In this document: piece after piece, positions 26,064 through 39,275 of the stretch
Numbering within the stretch: position 1 is the first letter of the stretch
How the letters are laid out: every line of letters starts with the position of its first letter
Assembly (NCBI GenBank): GCA_045837725.1
Contig: JBEWZL010000220.1
Coordinates: forward strand, 62,001-126,000
DNA: 64,000 bases
Source: Vermamoeba vermiformis
Taxonomy: Eukaryota
Reading direction: 5' to 3'
Translations under genes and position numbers: made by a program
Notes under the pieces: model-generated
Told to the model about the DNA's origin: nothing
Database searches by the model: none
The model's input: only the letters and a program-made list of their open reading frames with translations

Positions 26064-28180
26064 ATGGGACAACGACCCTCCAACAATAATACGAACCAGA
26101 CGAAAGAAGAAGATACATCCAAGCACACTTCGTCAAAAATGAGCAAAAAAGACATTGGCAACTCTGCAACTTCAACTTCCTCCAACTCAGATTCAAAGCC
26201 AGCCGGCGATAAAAATTCAGCTACAAAAGAACCTGTTAAGAAAAATATATATGATGATCCTAAGTATCAGCTGCAGCAGTGGAAGGTTAGAATAATTAAA
26301 GGCTTGATTCGTGCCGGATTTTGGTTAAAATTAAAAATTATTTATTATAGGAGTTAGAACGTGAAGAATTTGAAAAAAATGGAGTCCTAGACGAATCTAG
26401 ATTTACAGCAGCATTATTGAAAGAAAATTATGATAAAAATCGATATTACAGTGTTCTTGCACGTAAGTTGAATCTAGCCAAACATTTCTTATAATTTATC
26501 TATATTAAAACTGTAGCACGCACTACGTCATATGCTTATTTTATTATATAGTTCAATTAAAATCAATCGTTCGAAGACTGGTGCATCTAAAATTTTATGA
26601 CCGTTAACCTTATATTTATTTTGAATACAGCCGACAAGACTCGCGTGAAACTAAAGAAGATTGGTGACATTGTTGGATCAGATTATATTAATGCTAATTT
26701 TGTTGACGTAAGTGCAGTTCCCTCGCAATTTTCAATTTCATCCAATTTGATCGAGCCGCAAATCATTATATTTTTCAATACCAAATGAAATAGTGGTTAT
26801 AACACATCAAATATTACGTTGATTTCACTTTTGCAACTCAAATATACTTTTTACAACCCACATCCGACAAATCCGGCTCACAATTTATTAATGACTACGC
26901 GCTAAGCTCGCAATATTAATTAATCCTAATCTATTTCAAGTAAAAGCGATTTTGTTTAGCACAACCATTCTTCAGAAAATTAATTAATTCAAACACAAAT
27001 TTCCCGCACAACAAAAGATTCCCACGCGGATCTATCCATTAGCTAATTTTGTACAATACCCTATTTATAGCGACTCGAAACTATTTGTTTAAAATCACAA
27101 ATATGCCAATCGTCTCTAATTTTGTTGACATGACAATAGGGAATTCACGAGCATGGTAAAGCAGCATATATCGCCTCACAAGCACCGCTGCCGCTGACAT
27201 TTCACGACTTTTGGCGCATGATTTGGGAGCAGCGTGTTGAAATCATAGCCATGCTGACCAAATTGGAGGAGGGCAAAGTACTCAAAGCTCATCGCTATTG
27301 GCCCACCAAGGGTACCAAGGAGTACGGTGATATTACAGTCACACTTGTCAGCAACAAATCCAAGCACAACGATTCATATCGCGTCAAAGTGTTCACTGTA
27401 CAGCGGGTACGTGTCAAGCAAAAGTTGTGAATTAATTTCGATTTTACTTATTCAATTTTAATTCTGTTGAATTTCGTGCTTTAAAGCAGTGACGTGTTCT
27501 AATAGTAATACTATTGTAATAGGATAACGAAACACGAACAGTGACGCAATATCACTACTTGTCATGGCCGGATCACGGTGTTCCTGTGGAAGCACACCCT
27601 CTTTTGGAAATGATGAGCGAGATTGAAGCTGAGCGCAGTGACAAACAGAAGACTAAAACACCAATGGTCGTGCATTGCAGGTACGTAGTCATAGCAATAG
27701 TAGCGCGTGATCATTGACTGACCGACTGTTTAGTGCGGGCATTGGACGAACAGGCACATTTATTGTGATCCACACAGTGCTCTCGAAGATGCGACAGGAG
27801 CGAAAATACAGTTTAGAGACGCTAAATTTGCAGCCCTTAGTCTCCAGTATACGCGACCAACGTCCTGGCTGCCTCACTCAAAATGTAATTACCGTCACTC
27901 GAGTGCCTTACAATCGCGCAATCTAATCTATTTGTGTCTACAGAACCAATTCTTTTTCTGTTACCGAGCGATAGCCGTGGCGGTGCAGAACAAATACACG
28001 TGGATCATGAGTGGCGCGGACAGCAATGGCACGCACGACAAACAACTGCCGACAGCGAATGTACGCGATGTGAATAGTCTAGACCCGAACGAGAACAATG
28101 AAAATGACGCGCAGAGTTCGAGCAGTGGCAGCGAGAGTGGCAGCACGGAATATCATCCTGACGACATGACTGACAACTGA
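26064..28180 (+). CDS. Classical (non-receptor) protein tyrosine phosphatase, multi-exon
   Basis: KNRY, DYINANFV, YIASQAPL, FWRMIWEQ, WPDHGVP, and the catalytic VHC|SAGIGRTG split by an intron. N-terminal MGQRPS is a candidate myristoylation site. Confidence 0.92.
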
Positions 28181-28519
28181 TCAGAGCAGCGCGTGTCATC
28201 TGGATCTGCAGATATTATTTATTTTTTCAAATTCCCCTTTCCACTTCGCACCTAATACCTTTGAAATTATTATTATTTTACTTGAACCTTTTTTTTGAAT
28301 TGCTTTGTGTTTAAAGGTGGCTTAGTTAGTCTATGTAATATATACATTAAAGAGCCAATTTACACGACTGATCCGTACCTTTGTGGACTTTAATACGTAT
28401 TTACGTTCATACATATTGCAATAGCCAGTAATTATAGTAAGTATGAACAGGCGTGCTGCAATTTTCTCGATCCAATTTTTTGTCCTTGTCAGAGTTAACT
28501 TTCTCATGTCAATAGCAAC

Positions 28520-31500
28520 ATGAACGATGAATACAAAGGCCTTCAAGTGGCCTCTCACTCAGACAAGTTAGAGTTGATCGCTAACGTCAAGTCTGGAACT
28601 CTCGACATCTGGGCTCTGGTCAACTTATTTTATTTGAAAGATGATCCTGAAGTATTGGAGATTATATGCAACAAATTATATGCTTTCGAGCCCAAAGATT
28701 TGACCTTCTTTCTGGCCCAGCTCTGGTAATTATTATTTTAATTATCAATATTCGTAAATATTGAAAGTAGCATTATCTTTACGTAATTAGCACTACATCA
28801 TATAAATTTAATACATTTGTTTAATTAATATTGGTATAATAACGATAAAATCTTTTGTTAACCTGTCAGATCCCAAACTTGATTTTTATACCTTTATTGC
28901 ACAATAGATTTACATCTTAGTAATATCACTGACAAATCACTCATATTTCCAGCAATCTGATGTTAAATCGTAAGCAAGGCTCGCATCCACTTTCTCGTCT
29001 GCTGATCGACAAGTCTCGTGCATCACTCTCATTCGGGCTGTTAGTGTACTTCATCGTGCATGCCACACTCGAGGGGTGCGACGATGATGACAAGAGTGCT
29101 CGCTGCGAGACTCTGTTGATGGAGCTGGAGGCTGCTGTGCTCGATGGCTATCGCAACGTGGATCTTGCCATGATTGAAGCATTTAACACCCACAACAGAC
29201 AGTACCGCATTAACAAGGGCTATGCATCGCTCGACGACACGGATATTATATTGATTAAGACTGAGTCCTCAGTGCGTAAGACTGCGTACAATATCTACGA
29301 GCACTTGGAGGTGCACACGGAAGATCTGATGCCCGATGTGACGCCGCTGACCGTGCACGACATGAACAACTTGCGACAACTGTGCAGCGAGGTGTTGAAC
29401 ATAACGCAGCCAGAGACCTTGTTGAAATTGAGACGCAATTCTGTTGTGGAACTTGAACCTCCAAGTCTCACTCAAAGCTTCGGCGATGTGACGCACAACA
29501 CCAATCGATCGAGCAATGAAGAGCCCAACATCAATACAGACGACTACAAAGAGCTGAAGAACAGCAGTGTGGATTCACTGAACGAGCCCCAACAACATGT
29601 TGATTTGAACGACTCAGATCCGATGATTGCCTACGAGAAGAAGTTGCTCGCTATCGAAGGACTGCACTTAGGTCTGCGCGAGCCTAAGACACGTGACGCA
29701 AAAGTGAAAATTGCGAATGAACAGCGCGGTATTGTGATTGGTGGCCGACACCGCAGTGTGGCAGATATTTCACAGCTGCTGAATGAGGCCAGTGCCGATC
29801 AATTGGCGACGAATGACAACACTGCTCTGACACGTGCTTCAAACACCTTGTACAGCACTGTCGCGGCCAAGGAGTGTTTGTTCGATTACTTCCACGCGGA
29901 GATGAAATTCATCAATGCGTTGACTGGTGTGTCAGCCATGTTGAAGGACTTGGGACTGAAGAAAAAAGAACTCAAAAGTAAGTGCTGGATTTGACACGCA
30001 TGTTTAATAACACAATGACGCAGATGCTGCACTGAAAGTGGCCATCAAGAAGTTGAACAGACAATTACCTCGCGGAGTATTCATTCCTATTTGTGGCAAA
30101 AACTCCGATGAGTACTACCGTGTACTGCGCATTCCATTTGAAGAAGCTTTTGTTTTGAATTCGCGCGACAGAGTGAGTAGTGGGTTGTATTGTGATGCAG
30201 TCTAATAACCGTTCAATCAAGGTGCCGTTCATCTTGTTCATTGAAGTGGCCTCAGGGACTTCGAAGAACCCCGAAGATCTGGCGTGCGAGATGCACACTG
30301 AGAGCGAAGAGACCCCCGAAGAGTCGCGCGAGATAGCACATCTGCAACAATTGCACGATGAAGCCATGAAGAAGCACGCCGAGGAAGAGAGTTCAACAGC
30401 GAGCGGTGAACAGCCCAACCCTGAACAGACGATCACGGTGACTGAGGAATTCACGGTGAAGAGATTGGACAAGTTTGAGATCATGGACGAGTGGGTGGTC
30501 GTGCAAAACCCTTCCGATCAACCTGTGCAGCCCAAGGCTATCAGTGAGTATCATCTCTTACCGTCGATTCAGTCAAGCTAACCTGCCCTCAGAGGACGCA
30601 TTCGGTGAACTGTGGGAGGACAAGAAGAAACGACTGCGCAAAGAATCGCCAGTGGGCAGTCACTCGGGCTGGGGTACGTGTCACTGCATTCACTGCTGAT
30701 TAGTGTTGCTAACGGCAGTGCAGATATGATCTCGGTGATTGTGAAGAGCGGTGATGACTTGCGACAAGAACAGTTCGCCACACAACTGATCAAACTGTTT
30801 GACGATGTATTCCGCAAGTCGGGACTGCCCTTGTGGTTGCGCACATACACCGTGCTGGGTACGAGCAGCGAGGCAGGACTGATTGAGACCGTGCCTGACT
30901 CGATCTCCATTCACTCGCTCAAAGAACGACTCAACATCACGTCATTGCGCAGCTACTACATTGCGGTAAGTCATTTGAAGTTGTGTTGCGGGCACGCTAA
31001 CGTCACTGTTCGATAGGCTTATGGGGATGCCGAGAGTATGACATTCATCGAAGCCCAACGCAATTTTGTGGAGAGCTTAGCAGCCTACTCGCTGGTGTGT
31101 TATTTCTTGCAAATCAAAGACAGACACAACGGCAACATTCTCATCGACAAGGACGGACATTTGATTCACATTGACTACGGCTTTATGTTGTCGAGCAGTC
31201 CTGGCAAATTCAACTTTGAGAAAGTGCCATTCAAGTTCCCACGCGACTTTGTGGAGGTGATGGGCGGCAAGAACTCGAGCATGTTCATGTACTTCAAGAC
31301 ACTCTTTTCCAAGGGGTTCTTAGAAATGCGCAAAAATCATCGCAAGTTGGTGGATTTAGTGGCCATGATGTTGCCCGGCACGAAAATGGCGTGTTTTATG
31401 GCTGGGCCTGCGACCATTGAAAAGCTTGAGGACCGCTTCAAACTGCATTTAAGTGAGCCTGAGGCTATTGCTTACGCTGACAGTTTAGGTACGTCACTTA

Positions 31501-31608
31501 TAATTTGTGTCTATATTATTCTAACGGCTATTAGTGCTCGAGTCGCTGGAGAACTGGCGCACGGATTTGTACGATAACTTTCAATATTACAGCAACGACA
31601 TAAAATAA
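28520..31608 (+). CDS. PI4KB: Phosphatidylinositol 4-kinase beta (Pik1 type), multi-exon
   Basis: FFLAQL helical region, LNSRDRVPF, IVKSGDDLRQEQFA, QIKDRHNGNIL, IHIDYGFML, C-terminal LYDNFQYYSNDIK*. Confidence 0.93.
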
Positions 31609-32163
31609 GCTGTAAATTGCACGTGAATCAGTTGTAAATTAAACAAGATATTAGCAGGCAATACAAACAGTGGCTCTCATATTGTAGTAGAAAAAACAAA
31701 GAGGTGCATTGTATAATGCTATTCATGTAAATTGTGGACACTGTTTAATGGTGGCATACTGAGATTAAAAAGGTGGTTTGTGGTCGTGAGGTTGTGCGGG
31801 AGCTTGGTGAAAAGAAAAAGCTGTTGTTTCGTTTTCAATAATCATTACAGCCATTCAATATGAACCTCTGAACAATCAACCACACCACAAACACTTTATC
31901 TTGCACGTAACTGTTAGTCCTGTAATTCAGTCTGAGATGTAGGCAGTGGCTACGAAGAGCTATTTCTCAGTTTCATTCATTACGCAAGCAAATTATAACA
32001 TGGGTACTTAAACAATATTTAAGCGCTTATTGGCTTTGCAGTTGCCCCAATAATAAATTTTATCTTATTTTTGCTATTATTTTTATTATACTTAAAAATT
32101 ATTTGGTTCGCGAAACCATTTTATTTAAAAATTGAACAAGAGTACCTCACGAGCTGACATAAG

Positions 32164-34540
32164 ATGAGCTGGTTAATGAAGTTTGCGGATGCTCTCTCCT
32201 TGCAATCTGTTCCGAGCAGTTTGAACTGCCAGGGCACAGCGTTCGGTGAGTATTAGCAGTCAATATTACGTGCACATTAGTTAATAATAATACAGTCGTT
32301 GAAACAACCGAAAAGCAATACCGAGTAGGGCACTTTGAAGATGTCTCCGCTGGTAGACTGGATTTCGTAAGCATAGTGTGCCTAGAACCTGCGTCTATTA
32401 TAGTATTATTCATACTTGGCGATCAATTAAAGGCCATAAACAAGCTCATGCAGAGTCAGCGTGTTCCTCACGTGTTCCCTGCCATTTGCAGCTTCGAGTC
32501 CACAGACGCAGCAAACAAACCTGTGTTCTGTGTGGTGTACGAGCACGACGACAAGACAACAACACTAGCTGACTATGTAGCGTAAGTGTCGACGAGGTAT
32601 GAATAACAACTGAATGCTGACCTGTTGCTAGTGATGGCAACAAACGTCCGTTCAATCTCGGCGTCACAGATCTGCTGCGCGGTCTGTTTCAGCTCAAAGA
32701 ACTATTGCAGCACACCATTCAGTTCTTTTATCAGACCTTGGTGTCAATGATGTATCCTGGTGTGTGTCCAGATGATATTATTCTACACATGAACGATCGA
32801 GGTCAAGTTGACTGGTACTTGCACAACTTCTCAAAGTCCATTGTCAAGCTGTTGGTCGGGTATGTCAAGAATAAAATTCTCAGCTCGAATTAACCGGTGA
32901 GGACAGGCATCGAACGCAAGAGGTCTATGAAAGTCCAAACATCACGTACTCGAACGGTAATGATACTAGGCTCGAGCAGGCCCTTGACAAACGTGTGTAA
33001 ACAATGTAGACAATATATTGCTCGTTCTAAGCGAGTACCAGTTGTGTCCATTCTTGGCGCTGAAGAGCTGCGATTGGATATAAAAGAGTGCAGTGCCATC
33101 TACGGATATTCTTGGTATCATGGGTGTGGAGCCATTGTGGACAAGGTTGTGAAAAAGCATTTGGACAAGGAATTGTTCTGCGAACTGTCCGCTGCAGAAG
33201 GGGACTTGTTTAAACGTAAGTCATCTATAATTCCGTTAGAAGCTGAGTAACGAAGTGAATCAGATCTGAAAGTACCTCCACATATGCTTCGCGATGAAGT
33301 GAAGGACTACAGTATCGAATATCCCATACCAAAACAGCCGTCGTGGTTCAAAGGATTAGTGAATAGTTTTCGCGAACTTTATGCGAGTCGCACACCTTCA
33401 TTCAATGTGATTGACTACGGCGAAAACGCAGTCGATGAGCTTATTTTTGATCGGTCACAAAGACGTATGCGTAGTATGTATACTAAGCACAGCAGAATGT
33501 GGCATATTGACAATTGTTCTTAGCGTACATGTCTTACGTCGTTCAAGATGAACTCGGCGCGAAATTCGTGGTTCGAAAGTATTTTGAACAACAAATTGGC
33601 AAAATCGAATGGGTATGTCAGTGTAAATCGTCAATGTGACACTTTTGACACGTTAACTTTTAAGTCCATCTTATCAACGTTAAATAATCGCAATGTCCCG
33701 CATATTGTTAAAGCACTCTTCACTTTCACTGAGAAGGAAACAGCCACGAGTCAACACGCTAGCTTCTTTATGTGTGTTGAATATCTCGAAGGCGCGAGGT
33801 CACTGAGAGAGTTGTGCAAGTAAGTCTTAGGAGCCTTCAAACTCAAAAGATGGCGCTCACGCAATCCACGTAGGTCGCGGAAGATAAATATCGACCTGAC
33901 CTTGGGCGATATTTTGAATGGAATGAAAGTGGCCCACCAACTTTCAGGCAAATACAAGTGGCATCCTATTCCAACACCGGACTCACCGATACATTTGCAC
34001 CACGACTTGAGGACAGAGGACTTGCTGTGCTGGAAAAATCCAAAAACTGGCGATATCGAGTGGTACTTGTCGAACGTTACGTTGACGTCCCTCAAAGCAC
34101 TTAACGAGTAAGTTAGTCACCCTCTCGAGCACTTCGAATTAATGACTCATAGAGACGGCGTGAGCTACACATTAATAGCCTGTCCTGATTCCAAACCGGC
34201 CAGGCATATAGGTGATCAATCGTATAGTTTGGTTTCACCGCTCTTGGACTGTAAGTTTTTATCTGAACGACTTTGACTCTGATCTAATGTGGTGATATAC
34301 ATAGTGGGTAAAAGATTGTTTTCACTCGACAGTCACTCCTTAACTGCGTTGAAAGCGATTGATGCATGCCCTTTCGAGTCAAGGCCGTATATCATTAAAA
34401 AATATTCAGTTAGTGAGTATAATACAATAGTTAGCTTTTAAACGTCTCACTAATTGCATTAAGTTTGCAAGAAACGAAAATCTTCCTCGGTGCCTCAGCA
34501 ATCAAATAGGCCTACGAAGAAAATTAAGTACAGCCATTAA
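32164..34540 (+). CDS. Hypothetical protein with two degenerate protein-kinase-like repeats, multi-exon
   Basis: Two parallel segments: VPHV...CVVYE...TLADY...DLLRGL...YPGVCPDDII...DWYLHNFS and VPHI...CVEY...SLREL...DILNGM...HHDLRTEDLL...EWYLSNVT. C-terminal KKRKSS...KKIK is NLS-like. Confidence 0.55.
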
Positions 34541-34754
34541 TTAAATGATGGCCTAGCAACTAGTTTCATTATTGTACTTGGGAAATGACATTTTATCAAT
34601 AAATACAAGTGAAAGCCCATCCACCCTCTTCTTTTGTTCTTGTTTCTTCTTGGTCTGGCGGAAACGTTTGACTCCTAAACCTACGAAGTGGTTAAAATTA
34701 GATAAAAAGTTTACGATAGACTTAGCTGTATTTCCAACTCCAGTGAGAGTGACG

Positions 34755-34880
34755 ATTCTGACGTCTTCTTCGCGCAAAGGCATTTTCTTGACGGTACCAG
34801 TCTCGTAGAACGGCAATTCGCAGAAATGAATGCTTTCGGGTTGAACTCTAGCTTTAGTAGAACGAATCAACTACTTGATT
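34755..34880 (-). pseudogene. Fragment of the PIG-L-like domain of a long-form glucosamine-6-phosphate deaminase (NagB fusion)
   Basis: IHFCELPFYETGTVKKMPLREEDVRIV matches the recalled motif IHFLDLPFYETG.VKK.P..E.D. An in-frame TAG lies just upstream (QIK*LIR) and no rest of the gene is visible. Confidence 0.55.
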
Positions 34881-36586
34881 TGGTTCTTGTTATTTGTTTA
34901 GTTCTTTAATTTCCTCTATTTCGCATCCAACTTTTTGTTGAGCTCTTCGAAATGGTTATTGTTCTTTTTTTGCTGCTCCTCGATTCATCTAAAGAATGAA
35001 TTTAATTACACAACCGCTTTCATCATCCTGCAAACTGTCGTTGCTTCTGTAGTTATTTTTGTTGTTTGAACGTTGTCCGTCTGCCTTTTTGACTGCAGTC
35101 AAAGCATTAGATACAACCTAAAACAGAATTGAGGTACTTACACAACGCACTCGAAACGCAGAGGTTTTTCCTTTAGAACGAACAGCTGGCTTGAACAGAG
35201 ACCTCTTGGTATTCACCTTCTCGAATTTTGCAGCTAAATTGAAGCAGACGTACAAGGTGAAGATCTGCGACACAAACGCATAACTCGACTCGGAAGTGCA
35301 GTTCAGATGACTGTTCTTCAACCAACTCTGTTGTTCAATTCGTCAAACTGGAGTTCGAGCTTGTCGTTGGCAGCCGTCACTTCGACCTGCAATTGGTCGG
35401 TCCTAACTTCTAATCTCTCAAGAAGTTTTCCTCTGCTTGAGGAAATACGAAAATCTACTCGAATATCTCAACGAGGAATCATACTATTGGTCAGCTAAGA
35501 AATAGGACAACATTTTTGAGCTCTACGAACGAATGAAGATCGAGTTCGAACGCGCAGTCTTCTATAGTAAGAAGCTCATAATAGAAATATAAATGCGATA
35601 GAATGGTATTTCGAGGCAGAAGGCCGAAAGTGAGGCTCAAAGTTGTATTTGATCGCCAAAAAAAATTTCGAAATTCAATTTCGATCCAGATGATTTTAAG
35701 AATTTCAAATAACATTATCAATCGTTTAATATATCGTACAGATGTAAATTTGAGGCTTTGATGAATTTTTAAAAACTTATGGGCCGACCTGAAAACGCAT
35801 CGGGTTTCGTACTGACCTGGAATTCAGAAAGACGAAGCCGCAAACAGTCTAGTCTATAATGTAATTTCTTTTAATAGCTAATGACCACATTCTAAATACT
35901 TACGGCACTATTCGGGGTTCAGACAAAGGTTGAGTGGGATGTACGCTTAAACATCGAGTCGCAGAGATAGGCAGCCCAGTCAAGTAGTCCGATTCAAGCT
36001 TACCGAAGTTTTGTCAACATATTCCATATTGTCGAAGAATGAGGAGTGGTTGTTGATTGGAGAGAGCAGAAAAATGACTGTTGCGCTTTCGTGCTGTACT
36101 TCATGAACTGATACGCAGGACCCTGCTAATACCTCAGCGGCTGCAATGTTGCTTCGGATCGGGAAGTTGAATTCATATCCAATGGCTTCTACTTCTAGAA
36201 CAGGTGCCCTTGTCTATCGTTAGGCCATAAAAAAGACGTAGATTCCTAGTTGTTGGTGTAGCAGATGAGAACGGTAGCTAATGATCTAACGTTTTAAAGT
36301 GAAATATTAATATTTAATTAATAGGTAGAATGGCTAGCCAAATGTTTAATAATTGAAATTTAATATTAAATTTCATAATGCCCATGAATCTGCCGAAGCT
36401 GTTGCAGGTTAATATTAGATAGGACTTGTTGGTAAAATAACTGTCATTATCTAGGTGATTAATGTTGTTCTCGCTCTGTATGATTGCATGTTTTGTTTGG
36501 GTTAAAAAAAAACAAAATAAAGTTGACAAAACGTCTTTCAGTTTATTTTATTATTCGTATTCGAGCTATTAACAACATCGCCCACC

Positions 36587-37498
36587 ATGACGAGCATGAA
36601 GAATCCTGGCAAATCTATTTTTGACTTGTCCGAATCAGATTCGGAAGAGCTGCCGGATTTGGAGACGCGAGGACCTAACACGGCGGACGAGCTTATTGAC
36701 GAGAATAGTCCTCTTCATAATGCTGCAGCGCGAGGTCACACTCAATATTTAGAGACGTTATTGAATAACGGCGCCAGTGTAAACTCGAAAAATCAATATG
36801 GATCGACCCTACTGCACTTAGCCTCTACCCATGGACATATTAAATCTATGAATTTATTAATCACACGTGGCGCCAATGTTCAAGCTCGCAACAGATACGG
36901 AAACACCGCATTGCACATGGCAGCTTTGAACGGTCAAGTAGAGGCTGTGAAGCTCCTCGTCGAGAAGGGCATCGATATTAATGTCACCAATAACTCTGGC
37001 AGCACTCCTTTGCATTATGCAGGTCAGTTTGAAATTTAAATTTAATTATTGAGATCAATTACGTAACAATTTAGAAAATTAATCTGCCCATTGCTAGAAA
37101 AATACTAAAAATATTTATAGCACTCATGGGACGTGCGGAATGCATGAAATTGTTGATTAAGCTCCATGGCGATGTTTCCAAGTCGAATGCGACTGGCTCA
37201 ACGCCCTTACACGCCGCTTCATTGAACGGTTACGGTGAAAGCATGGAAATTCTCATTGAACGAGGTGCGTAGTATCGATAGATGCGTAAATACAGACGAG
37301 TAATAATATTTGTAGGCTGCGATATTAACCAGAAGAATATATACAACTACACGCCCATGAATTATGCAGATTCGAACAGTCGTGGTCACTCGCCGATCTA
37401 TAATCACGTCTCGACACTAGAGTAAGTTCAATATAGCATTACGGTGGGATAAAGCATCGCTCACATTCACTTCTTTTTTTAGCGACGATGATTTCTAA
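36587..37498 (+). CDS. Ankyrin-repeat protein, multi-exon
   Basis: Consensus repeats SPLHNAA, TLLHLAS, TALHMAA, TPLHYAA, TPLHAAS with GASVN/GANVQ/GIDIN linkers. Confidence 0.9.
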
Positions 37499-38458
37499 TG
37501 GATCTCAATATCAACCTCAATCTAAGCTCAAATAACACTATTGTATATTCATATTATACAATGGTGCATTTTATTGGATCTAGCTTGGACGAGCCACTTT
37601 AATTTATTATAGTAACCTTTTCATAACGTTCGACCTGTATAATACAAATGGATGTAAAATAAATATTACGTAATCAAACATAATGCCACTAATACAACAA
37701 TTAGTAGACAGTGAAGTTGGTGCCAGATGTACACACGTAGTAGAATCTCCGCTTTAATCTCGCTATGCAGTTGCATAGAACGCATTCTTAACTCAAATGT
37801 AATGACTAATTATTGAGTTCTAGCACACATTAAGCGAAGCTAGTAATCAAGCCGCAGAGAGTAAAACAGTTCACTTGTACCTGGTACATCTATTGAACAT
37901 CGACGGTCATAACAGGCCTAGTGTACACTTTCAAAGTTTGTAATCTTTGGAGCTAGAGTCTATAAGAAGGCTTTACAATTATCGGCGGCCGTTTCTATAT
38001 TTGGAAAACTGCCGTACGAATTCCACCGTTAACTTTCGGTAACTTTAGATCGAACCTGAAATCGCAACGGAAGAAAGATCGCGTACAACGGAATAAATAA
38101 CTGAGCAAAAGACAGGCATAGGGGTGTCAGGGAAGCAAATTCTGCAACTCTTGAAAAAAAATGAAAACAAGCAAATTTCCGTCGATTTTTGATCTAAAAT
38201 ATTCGCTCGGCAGCACAACAGCACCTGCTTTGTTACCCTGTCTAGATTTGTTTATCGCGTGTCAGTACCATTCACGCAATCTAGTTGCAAATGACTTTGT
38301 AAACAAGTTGCTTCCACGATCAAGCTTCACATTCAAACTAAAAAGGTAAGCTCAATGTCTTACAAATATTTGTAGCATTATTATTGCGAACAGGATTTAT
38401 AACACACTTATACAGCAGAACCAAAGTATACAAAGACTGCGTTAATTTCAAAAAAAGT

Positions 38459-39240
38459 ATGAGTCACTCACCGCATGCAAGCTCAGTAAGTGATTGATTA
38501 CGTATTTATAATATTATGATACAATTATTATTGCGTGCATATATTATTGCAATTATTTGTCCCTAATTTCATATATTTTTATTTTTATCCTCCAAATTGT
38601 TAAATCTACGAAGTCGTCCCAAATAATTTCACTTCATTACGGCAGTACACACCGAGTTAATTATACAGCGTTTAAGTTATAATAAGCAAATTTCGCACTT
38701 GGTTGCAGAAAATAACGGTTATATTTTCGGCAGTCGGATGAGGATTTGCCGCAAGAAGATGACTGGCAACTCACCTACAAGCCCAAATCAGCGCTAGACA
38801 TCGAGGATGACGACGAGAAGCCTTCAAATGCACCTTTGTCGGTTGAAGAGTCATCGAGCGAAGCGCCAACTAGCGAACCAGAACAAACAGCCGAAGTTAA
38901 CGAGAACGAGTTGCCTGTGGTGCCTAAACCCAAGGAGGTGACACCTGCAGAGGACAAAACGGAGAATAAGGCCCCAGATAATAATACCAATGCTAGCACT
39001 ACACTCGTAACCCCGGTTGTCACAACACCGGCCAAGTCAGAACCAAACACGCCAACGAAGAAAGATGACAAAAGAAAATCTGACAAAAGGAAGTCAGATA
39101 AGAAGGACAAAAAGGACAAGAGCAGAGGCTCGGTTAGTCCCAAAAAACGAGACAGCAAACACAGATCTGACAAGAAACGTGCCAGCAAAAAAGATGACAA
39201 GCGCAGTTCAAAGGACGCTAACACGAGCAATATAACGAGC

Positions 39241-39275
<35 letters not shown>

